Virus record (IMG/VR): IMGVR_UViG_3300048891_000039
Location: 1 to 42,762 of that record
Reading direction: 5' to 3' (one strand)
DNA length: 42,762 nt
Origin: a virus
Lineage: Duplodnaviria; Caudoviricetes
Below are positions 36,367 through 42,762 of this stretch, in pieces. The position numbers and the translations under genes were made by a program. Every line of letters starts with the position of its first letter. Position 1 is the stretch's first letter. The notes beneath the pieces were generated by a model. It made no database searches, had not been told where the DNA came from, and saw only the letters and a program-made list of their open reading frames with translations.

Positions 36367-36732
36367 ATGCCGTCAGTCGATAAAAGCCAGTTTGTCGCGG
36401 TTGGGGAACCGAAGCCCGCGCGCAAGCGCACGTCACGCAAGACGCTTTTCCTGCAGGCCATGCTGCTCGTTTGCATCGTCGCCTCCGCATTCGTCGGCGG
36501 CATCGGCTGGTCGAACGCACGGGTCACCGAGTTCTACGTAATGGAAGCGCGCGCCGGTGCGATTCGCATCGGCGCCAGCGAAGCACGCGCGCAACAGAAC
36601 GAAGCGCAAGCACTCGCGCTGCTCAACCAGGCCAAGGCCGAATACCAGCGCGCGCGCCAGCGCAACCAGCAGCAACCACAATCGCAGCGCATCGAGAACG
36701 GGACCCATGCAGATCCGATGCGGCAACTGTAA
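36367..36732 (+). CDS. Single-TM coiled-coil protein, 121 aa
   Basis: AGGAG RBS; hydrophobic helix then Gln/Ala-rich coil. Confidence 0.7.
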   Translation: MPSVDKSQFVAVGEPKPARKRTSRKTLFLQAMLLVCIVASAFVGGIGWSNARVTEFYVMEARAGAIRIGASEARAQQNEAQALALLNQAKAEYQRARQRNQQQPQSQRIENGTHADPMRQL

Positions 36733-37282
36733 TGCCAGCCAATCGCTGGAGGTCGCGATCGGCGTCGAGTCGGCACGCGGCGCCTTGGGCGTCGCACTGC
36801 AGATGCCAGCGCCGTTGCATCGCCCGCTCGTGCAGTACCTGGGCATGTTCCGCGCCGCAGGCCGAGCGCTCGCGTTCGACCGCGTCGAGAAGCTCTTGAC
36901 CGGCCTGCTGCCGATGCTGGAATCGCAAACCGTCACGCGCAACGGCCTCACGCGTGCATGCCCGGTCGCGCTCTGGCAGGCCGGCTTCGAGCGCATGGTC
37001 GACCAGCGCGACAACGGCAAGCTGCAGCTCCCGCTCAAGTCGCACGGCTACCTCCTCGAAATCGTCGCCGCGCTCGCCGACCAGGCCGGCGCCAAGGAAG
37101 AGAAAGCGCAAGAGGCAACCGTGCGCAGCGGCAGCGCGCGCGCTGATGGCGACAAGAAGCTCGAACGCCTGCAGGTGATTTCGCAGGCCCGCGGCGAAAT
37201 CGACCTCGGCCTACTGACGCTCGATGCCGCCAAGCAACGCCTGCGCGAAGCAGGCATCAATCCGGAGGTGCTCGATGGCTGA
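36707..37282 (+). CDS. Mu-like phage early protein with N-terminal CxxC, 191 aa
   Basis: CGNC, YLGMFR...RAL.FDRV.KLL and LPLKSHGYLLEI motifs. Confidence 0.8.
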   Translation: MQIRCGNCNASQSLEVAIGVESARGALGVALQMPAPLHRPLVQYLGMFRAAGRALAFDRVEKLLTGLLPMLESQTVTRNGLTRACPVALWQAGFERMVDQRDNGKLQLPLKSHGYLLEIVAALADQAGAKEEKAQEATVRSGSARADGDKKLERLQVISQARGEIDLGLLTLDAAKQRLREAGINPEVLDG

Positions 37283-37631
37283 GAAGCCGCGTCGCGTGCA
37301 ACTGTCTCGCAAGAAGGGCTGGACGTTGCCGCCCAACACCGCGAAGGTCGATCGCTCGACCCGGTTCGGCAATCCGTGCCTGGTCGGCCGGTTCGCATGC
37401 GATACCGTCGAAGAGGCCATTGCAACATTCTCGCGCTGGGTTCATCGCGACGCCGGTTTCGAGCAGCTCGATTCCTATTCGCTGAAGCTGCTCGATCGAG
37501 CGCTCGGCAAGCCGCCAACGCTCGCTGAAATCAAGGCGCAGCTGCGCGGCAAGAACCTCGCCTGCTGGTGCGCGCTCGATGCGCCGTGTCACGCCGATGT
37601 CCTCCTGGAGATCGCCAATGCCGACAGATAA
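37275..37631 (+). CDS. DUF4326-family protein, 118 aa
   Basis: VDRSTRFGNP and LRGKNLACWC....CHADVLL; GGAGG RBS. Confidence 0.88.
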   Translation: MAEKPRRVQLSRKKGWTLPPNTAKVDRSTRFGNPCLVGRFACDTVEEAIATFSRWVHRDAGFEQLDSYSLKLLDRALGKPPTLAEIKAQLRGKNLACWCALDAPCHADVLLEIANADR

Positions 37632-37968
37632 CGTTATCTGCCGCGACGCATTGCTCGCCGCGCTGCGCAACCATATCGGCCGCAAGCAGGGCGTCACGGT
37701 TACCGCGCTCGCGCGCGAAGTGCTCGGCCGCGAGCCGACGCGCGGCGACGAGAGAATCGTGCGCCGCCTGGTGGTCGAGCTGCGCCTCGAAGGCCACCAT
37801 GTCTGCGCGCACCCGGCCGATGGCTACTACCTGGCCGCGAACGCCGAGGAGCTCGGCGACTGCATCGCGTTCCTGCGCGATCGCGCCATGAGCTCGCTCT
37901 CGCAGATCGCCGCGATGAAGCACGTCTCGGTGCCCGACCTGTTCGGCCAGATGCATCTGCCGACGTGA
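37618..37968 (+). CDS. Winged-HTH protein, 116 aa
   Basis: HIGRKQGVTVTALA...R.VRRLVVELRLEGH.VCA.PADGYYLA. Confidence 0.75.
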   Translation: MPTDNVICRDALLAALRNHIGRKQGVTVTALAREVLGREPTRGDERIVRRLVVELRLEGHHVCAHPADGYYLAANAEELGDCIAFLRDRAMSSLSQIAAMKHVSVPDLFGQMHLPT

Positions 37969-38825
37969 CGGACCTGGACCAGCTCATCGGCCAAGCACAA
38001 GCGCTCGCGGGTTTCCCGCGGTGCCGGCGCGGCGAACATCTCTGGACCATGACCGGCGGCCGCCGTTGCCCACGTGTACCCGAGGCCGCCGATATCAACT
38101 GCAGCCAGGTCGTTTACGAGTGCGCCGCATGCGGCGAGGTCGACTACGGCTATCGCGGCGGTCCGGCTCATCGCGACTGCTTCATCCATTGCCCCAACGA
38201 AACACAGTTGCACGAACTGACGCTGGAAGCCCAAGCCCCCCGCAGGCCCGCCACGTCACAAGGATCAACCATGAACAAGCTACTGAACACTGCGCCGGCC
38301 ACGATCGACGACATCGAGCGGCTCACCAAGGTCTTCGCCGGCGCCCGCGCCGAGCTGGCTGATCGCGTGGACGGACTGCGCGTAGAACAAGAGGCTGCGA
38401 AGCGCCGCCGCCTGCAGGGCATCAAGAACTCGATCGAGCGCGCCGTCGCCGCGCGCGCCGAGCTGCATGACGCGATCGCCGGCAATCCCGGCCTGTTCGA
38501 GAAGCCGAAAACGCGCGTGCTGCATAATATCCGCGTCGGCTTCTACAAGCAGCCGGGCAAGCTCGAAATCGCCGACGACGAAGCCTGCGTCGCCGCGCTG
38601 CGCAAGCTCTACGGCGGCGAAGCCGACGCCTACATCAAGACGACGGAAAAGCCGATCCACGCCGCGCTGAAGAACCTGCCGGCCAAGGACCTGGCCAAGC
38701 TCGGCATCGGCCTGGGCGACGACGTCGACGCGGTGATGATCAAACCCGCCGACGATGCCGTCGACAAGCTGGTCGACGCGCTCACCGGCGACATCGAGCT
38801 CGAAGCCGAGGCCGAACGCGCATGA
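37965..38825 (+). CDS. gam: Gam-like host-nuclease inhibitor (from 38271) with an in-frame Cys/His-rich N-terminal extension
   Basis: Coiled coil followed by LFEKPKT..LHNIRVGF.KQ.GK..IKT.EKP...AL; AAGGA RBS before internal ATG 38271. Confidence 0.7.
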   Translation: MTDLDQLIGQAQALAGFPRCRRGEHLWTMTGGRRCPRVPEAADINCSQVVYECAACGEVDYGYRGGPAHRDCFIHCPNETQLHELTLEAQAPRRPATSQGSTMNKLLNTAPATIDDIERLTKVFAGARAELADRVDGLRVEQEAAKRRRLQGIKNSIERAVAARAELHDAIAGNPGLFEKPKTRVLHNIRVGFYKQPGKLEIADDEACVAALRKLYGGEADAYIKTTEKPIHAALKNLPAKDLAKLGIGLGDDVDAVMIKPADDAVDKLVDALTGDIELEAEAERA

Positions 38826-39034
38826 TGCCGAGCTCGCTGCAGATCGGCAGCGGCGGCCGCTGGCGCGTCGTGCTGCAATTCGACGAGACGCGGCGGCCGG
38901 AGATCGAGGACGCCGCCGCATCGCTCTCTCGCGCCGCCGGTGGCCTGCGCCTGCGCATCGTTGATGCGGACGGTAACGTTCGCCACCTCAATGCCTACGG
39001 CGCCTTTCGCGCGACCGGCGGCATCAACTCGTGA
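38822..39034 (+). CDS. Hypothetical protein, 70 aa
   Basis: Four-base overlaps on both sides. Confidence 0.7.
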   Translation: MMPSSLQIGSGGRWRVVLQFDETRRPEIEDAAASLSRAAGGLRLRIVDADGNVRHLNAYGAFRATGGINS

Positions 39035-39390
39035 TGAACCTTACCGCCATGCGCGAACTCGTCGACCTCTGCACGTTCGAGGGCTACGCATTCAACGTCA
39101 GCGTCGGCCACGGCGGCATCTACCTGCAGGCGACCTACGTCGAGGCCGACATCGTGACCGGCGCACCGGAGACGCAGCACACGCGCAAGTGGCTGCTCTC
39201 GCCAATGATGACTCGCAGCGAGATCGTGCAAACGTGCTTCAAGGCGGTCGCGACCAGCATGGAGCACCGCGCTCGCGAGGGTTTCAAGTACCGCGGCAAG
39301 CGCGTCTTCGGCCCGCACTTCGACGTCGAGGCGCTTTGGCAGATCTGCGCTGATGGGCGCTTCGACGTTCGGCCGGAGGTCCAGGCGTGA
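39031..39390 (+). CDS. Phage hypothetical protein, 119 aa
   Basis: RKWLLS..MT.SEIVQT.FKA..T..EH.ARE.F.YRG..VFGPHFDV motif; coupled overlaps. Confidence 0.8.
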   Translation: MMNLTAMRELVDLCTFEGYAFNVSVGHGGIYLQATYVEADIVTGAPETQHTRKWLLSPMMTRSEIVQTCFKAVATSMEHRAREGFKYRGKRVFGPHFDVEALWQICADGRFDVRPEVQA

Positions 39391-40250
39391 AGAGTCGGCG
39401 CGCCTGGACGAAGCAAGACGATCGCGCGCTTCGCCGGTTGTGTGCGCGCGGGTTGCGCGCAAAAGAAATCGGCAAGGCGATGGGCCGCGACTGCAGGCTG
39501 ATACGTGTGAGAGCAATTCGCGCCGGACTCGATCTCGCGCGCAAGTTCATCCGGACAAAATGGTCGCGCGCTGAAATCGTTGCGCTCAAGGCAGCCTATG
39601 CCGACACAACCACACAGGAGATCGCACGGCGGCTCTCGCGCACGTTGAGCAGCGTCTATCGCGAAGCGAGAATTCTCGGCCTCAAGAAATCCGCGGCGTA
39701 TCTTGCCGGCCCGGCGGCGTGCCGTCTTCGGCGTCGCGAGAATGGACGGCATCCGGGGCAGCAGTACTGGTTTCCGAAAGGGCACGTTCCGGCGAACAAG
39801 GGACTGCGTCGCCCAGGCTGGTCGGCTGGGCGTATGACCGAGACGCAATTCAAGAAAGGCCGGCAGGCGCAGGCCGCGCACAACTACCGGCCGATCGGCA
39901 GTGAGAAGGTCGATCGAAAACGCGGCGTGCTGATGCGCAAGGTGACCGACGATCCGTCGATCTTTCCAGTCAAGCGCTGGAGGCCTGTGCACGTATTGGT
40001 CTGGGAGGCAAAGCACGGAGCGATTCCCGCCGGGCATATCTGCGTTTTCAAGCGTGACGCGAAGACGCTGGTCTGCAGCGAGATCACGGTCGATCGGCTC
40101 GAAGTCGTTTCCCTCGCGGAAAACATGCTCCGCAACACCATTCACCACCTACCGAGGCCGCTGGTCGAAGTGATCATGCTCCGCGGGGCCCTTAACCGAA
40201 AAATTCGCAACCGGACTCGCCATGAAGAACAAGATGCAAGACCTTCGTGA
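39387..40250 (+). CDS. HNH_3-like protein with N-terminal Myb/HTH-like repeats, 287 aa
   Basis: WT..DD..L and WS..E...L repeats; FPKGHVPANKG, FKKG, RPIGSE, HVLVWE..HG.IP.GH; HNH core looks degenerate. Confidence 0.75.
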   Translation: MKSRRAWTKQDDRALRRLCARGLRAKEIGKAMGRDCRLIRVRAIRAGLDLARKFIRTKWSRAEIVALKAAYADTTTQEIARRLSRTLSSVYREARILGLKKSAAYLAGPAACRLRRRENGRHPGQQYWFPKGHVPANKGLRRPGWSAGRMTETQFKKGRQAQAAHNYRPIGSEKVDRKRGVLMRKVTDDPSIFPVKRWRPVHVLVWEAKHGAIPAGHICVFKRDAKTLVCSEITVDRLEVVSLAENMLRNTIHHLPRPLVEVIMLRGALNRKIRNRTRHEEQDARPS

Positions 40251-40482
40251 TCACCTATTCGCCGAGCTTGAGCGCCTCGGCAGCGAAGACAAGCCGCCGC
40301 AGGCCGCAGATCTCGCTCGCGCGAAGGCGATCAGCGAAGTCGCCGGCAAACTGATCGATACGGCGCGCGTCGAGGTCGAGTTCCATAAGGTTCGGTCCAG
40401 CATCGCGGGCCTGGAAAGGAAACCGCACTCAGACTTCCTGGAAGGTGGCTCGAAAGCGCTGCCGGCGCCGACCGCAAAATGA
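40222..40482 (+). CDS. Phage hypothetical protein, 86 aa
   Basis: MKNK..DLRDHLFAELERL....RAKAI..VA..LI. Confidence 0.8.
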   Translation: MKNKMQDLRDHLFAELERLGSEDKPPQAADLARAKAISEVAGKLIDTARVEVEFHKVRSSIAGLERKPHSDFLEGGSKALPAPTAK

Positions 40483-41006
40483 AAGCCGCGCGGTCCGCCA
40501 AATCCCCGCGCTCGACCGAGCTGGCGAAGATCCACATCGGCGCCGAGCAGCTCGGCCTGCGCCGGCACGGCGATGACTCGGCCTATCGCGACATGCTCTG
40601 GTCGATCGCCCGCGTGCGCTCGGCCAAAGACCTCGACGCCGGCGGCCGCCAGGCGGTGCTCAAGCACTTGCGCAATTGCGGCTTCACGGATCACTCACCG
40701 AAGGCCGGCGCCGAGCGCTACAAACGCGGCACGCCTGCCGCGCTGATACGCTGGCTATGGACAGACCTGGCCAACAAGGGAATCGTCCAGGACCGCTCCG
40801 ATCGCGCCCTGCGCCGCTACATCGCCAGGCACGCCAATGTCGCCGGCCCGGCTGGCTTCGATGAGATGGCTCCGCAACACCTGACGCGGAGTGCCGCGAG
40901 CGACGTCATCGAGCAGCTCAAGGGCTGGCTCGCGCGCGGAGCCTCGCCATCACCAGCCGCGGCCGAAAAATCGGCCTCACCATCACCGCCGCAGGCCGCC
41001 GAATGA
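40479..41006 (+). CDS. gemA: GemA/DUF1018 (Mu gp16-like), 175 aa
   Basis: LAKIHIG..QLG..DD..YR.ML......S.KDL; IRWLW..L; VIEQLK.W. Confidence 0.9.
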   Translation: MKAARSAKSPRSTELAKIHIGAEQLGLRRHGDDSAYRDMLWSIARVRSAKDLDAGGRQAVLKHLRNCGFTDHSPKAGAERYKRGTPAALIRWLWTDLANKGIVQDRSDRALRRYIARHANVAGPAGFDEMAPQHLTRSAASDVIEQLKGWLARGASPSPAAAEKSASPSPPQAAE

Positions 41007-41368
41007 GCGCCAACTTCGACCGCGTCGCCACCTTCATGCGCGAGCTCGCCGACACCATCGCGCGCGGCGTCAAATCGCGCGTATCCGAGCTGTCCGAAGG
41101 GCGCGCCGTCGAGATCGGTTTCGAGATCGCCAGGGAAGCCTGCGAGGAGTACGGCGGCCAGCTGCTCTACGTGCCGAAGGGCCATGCGCTGCAGATCACC
41201 GAGCGCGACCGCTCGCTCTACGAGTTCTACATGGCCAACGGCCGCGACATCGTCGCCACGGCGAAGAAGTTCGAGGTCTCGATGCAGACCGCTTACCTGC
41301 GCATTCGTCTCGTCGTAGCCGCCGACATTGCTGAGAGACAAGGAACTCTGTTTTCCGGCCAAGTTTGA
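41003..41368 (+). CDS. mor: Mor/C-family transcription activator, 121 aa
   Basis: YGGQLLYVPK...RD..LY..Y..NG....AKKF.VS....Y; follows gemA as in Mu. Confidence 0.9.
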   Translation: MSANFDRVATFMRELADTIARGVKSRVSELSEGRAVEIGFEIAREACEEYGGQLLYVPKGHALQITERDRSLYEFYMANGRDIVATAKKFEVSMQTAYLRIRLVVAADIAERQGTLFSGQV

Positions 41369-41420
41369 CCGCAAGCCCCCGCGGGTATTCCCCCTCATCA
41401 CCACGTGAAAAGGATTACCC

Positions 41421-42209
41421 ATGAAAGCTCGTTCCAAACCCCACGCCACCGGCTGGCGCCCTGATCTGCCGGACGTCCGCGATCACCTCTACGCGGCCAG
41501 CATCCACCACGCCAACGAGAAGGCCAAGGCGCTGCCTGCGGCCGTCGACCTGAGCACATCGCCGCATATGCCGCCGATCGCCGACCAGGGCCAGCTCGGC
41601 AGCTGCACCGCGTTCGCGACGTGCGCCGCGTTCGATTACCTGGACTCGACCAGCGGACAGCCGTTCGAGTCGCCGTCGCATCTGTTCCAGTACTACAACA
41701 GCCGTGCGCTGGAGCACACCACCAGCGAGGACGCCGGCTCCTCGATCCGCGATGCGATCAAGGTCACCGGCAGCGACGGCATGTGCCATGAGACGCTATG
41801 GCCCTACAACATCGCGAAGTTCCGCACCAAGCCGACGAAGCCGTGCTTCGCCGATGCCAAGCACTACGTCGTATCTCAATATCTGCGCGTCGACAGCACT
41901 AGTCTGATCGAGTTGAAAACCTGCCTCGCGGCCGGCTTCCCGATCGTGTTCGGCGCCACGCTGTATGCCAGCTTCGAGCAGCCCGGCCCGAACAGCCGAG
42001 GCGAGATTCCCATGCCGAAAAATGGCGAGCAGATTCTCGGCGGACACGCCCAGGTGATCGTCGGCTACGACGACGCCAGGAAGATGTTCAAGGTGCGCAA
42101 TTCATGGGGCGCCAGCTGGGGCGTCCACGGTCACGAATGGATGCCCTACGCCTACCTCACCAACCTCAACCTGGCCGACGACTTCTGGACCCTGCGCAAG
42201 CTGGCCTGA
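41421..42209 (+). CDS. Papain-like cysteine peptidase (C1 family, xylellain-like), 262 aa
   Basis: DQGQLGSCTAFA (Gln, Cys), GGHA (His), VRNSWG (Asn); GWRPDLPD.RD N-terminus; AAGGA RBS. Confidence 0.93.
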   Translation: MKARSKPHATGWRPDLPDVRDHLYAASIHHANEKAKALPAAVDLSTSPHMPPIADQGQLGSCTAFATCAAFDYLDSTSGQPFESPSHLFQYYNSRALEHTTSEDAGSSIRDAIKVTGSDGMCHETLWPYNIAKFRTKPTKPCFADAKHYVVSQYLRVDSTSLIELKTCLAAGFPIVFGATLYASFEQPGPNSRGEIPMPKNGEQILGGHAQVIVGYDDARKMFKVRNSWGASWGVHGHEWMPYAYLTNLNLADDFWTLRKLA

Positions 42210-42227
42210 CGTGTACGAATAGCACCT

Positions 42228-42251
42228 GGCCGGCGGTTGACGCCGCCGGCC
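42228..42251 (+). terminator. GC-rich hairpin after the peptidase gene (weak U-tract)
   Basis: GGCCGGCGG-TTGACG-CCGCCGGCC then TTCG. Confidence 0.5.
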
Positions 42252-42291
42252 TTCGCGACCAAGATTTAACCGACTTCATGGAGCCCCGCCA

Positions 42292-42582
42292 ATGCACACC
42301 TCACTATCGATTCACCTGGTCGGCGGCCCGGCCGACGGTCAGACCCGTGCTGTCAAGATACCGGCGCCGCGCACGCTCGATGTCGAGCCGCCTGACGCGC
42401 GCGTCCGCTACCGCTACACGCTCCGGTCGTTTTTTTTCTTCTACACTGAGACCGTTGCCTATGTGGCTGATGGCATGAACGTAGACGAGGCCGGCGCCAC
42501 GCTCTTCAAGCGGCTCAGCCCGCCGCGCGAGCCCCGCACAGGCCCGCCGACGATGGGACCCACCGAGCGGCCGCGAACATAG
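42292..42582 (+). CDS. Hypothetical protein, 96 aa
   Basis: GGAG RBS; LVGGPADG motif common in small phage proteins. Confidence 0.7.
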   Translation: MHTSLSIHLVGGPADGQTRAVKIPAPRTLDVEPPDARVRYRYTLRSFFFFYTETVAYVADGMNVDEAGATLFKRLSPPREPRTGPPTMGPTERPRT

Positions 42583-42671
42583 CCAAATGCGCTACCTGGA
42601 GCGCCTTTGCTGTGGCGCAAATAGTTTTCATTTTTCCTTCCCACTTCTTCCCTTGGTTGCCCACCATTTCC

Positions 42672-42715
42672 CAGTTATCTCGTGTTCCTCAGTGGAGTTA
42701 TCGTGTGCCCCGTCA
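42672..42715 (-). repeat. Right end: terminal CA plus two putative transposase-binding sites
   Basis: Reverse complement reads TGACGGGGCACAC-GATAACTC-N15-GATAACTG: same 13-nt offset and 23-bp period as the left end. Confidence 0.85.
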
Positions 42716-42762
42716 ACTTTTTGGGCAATGCCAAAAAGTGACCCGCTCGGCCGCAGGCCGAG
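42716..42762. repeat. Host flank: hairpin-rich, REP/MITE-like element interrupted by the prophage
   Basis: ACTTTTTGG-GCAATG-CCAAAAAGT hairpin, then CTCGGCC-GCA-GGCCGAG; joins the left flank (...CTTTTGCCTACT) through a shared ACT. Confidence 0.55.

Larger units (their letters stand above)
45..42715. mobile_element. Complete Mu-like transposable prophage, B3/BcepMu-type divergent layout, non-contractile tail
   Basis: TG at 45 and CA at 42714-42715; symmetric GATAACT end sites; transposase, AAA ATPase, Gam-like, GemA, Mor, Mu-type terminase/gpF/capsid and tail genes all present; no sheath gene recognised. Confidence 0.95.

Noticed and set aside
40940-41003. Short duplication at the gemA 3' end (ASPSP...AAE twice)
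   Set aside because: Low-complexity tail with no sign of function
1-42762. CRISPR array, rRNA, integrase/att site, tail sheath
   Set aside because: No spaced direct repeats, rRNA-like sequence, recombinase or sheath motifs recognised

Overview
The window is one apparently complete transposable (Mu-like) temperate prophage at 45-42715 (42,671 bp, TG...CA termini), with only 44 and 47 bp of flanking host DNA. Its layout is the divergent type known from Pseudomonas phage B3 and BcepMu. A central immunity switch (XRE repressor on -, Ner-like gene on +, about 27.5-28.5 kb) separates two arms. The + strand early arm carries the DDE transposase, a MuB/ExeA-like ATPase, Gam-like, GemA and Mor/C genes, many small ORFs and a papain-like protease. 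The - strand late arm carries holin, lytic transglycosylase, spanins, terminases, portal, gpF, a fused protease-scaffold-capsid gene, a non-contractile tail module with a -1 frameshift chaperone, tape measure, an Ig-repeat/LamG fibre and a D12 adenine methylase. Most notable observations: (1) matching GATAACT end sites with only a 3-bp duplication (ACT), inside what looks like an interrupted host hairpin repeat; (2) an orphan gene with its own palindrome and terminators at the position where D3112/JBD30-like phages keep anti-CRISPR genes; (3) a short ARVAxxD motif shared by the repressor C-terminus and the N-terminus of the next small membrane ORF; (4) a switch-like structured RNA ahead of the methylase; (5) two aligned late promoters, one probably leaderless. 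All product calls are from motif recognition and gene order; no database search was run.
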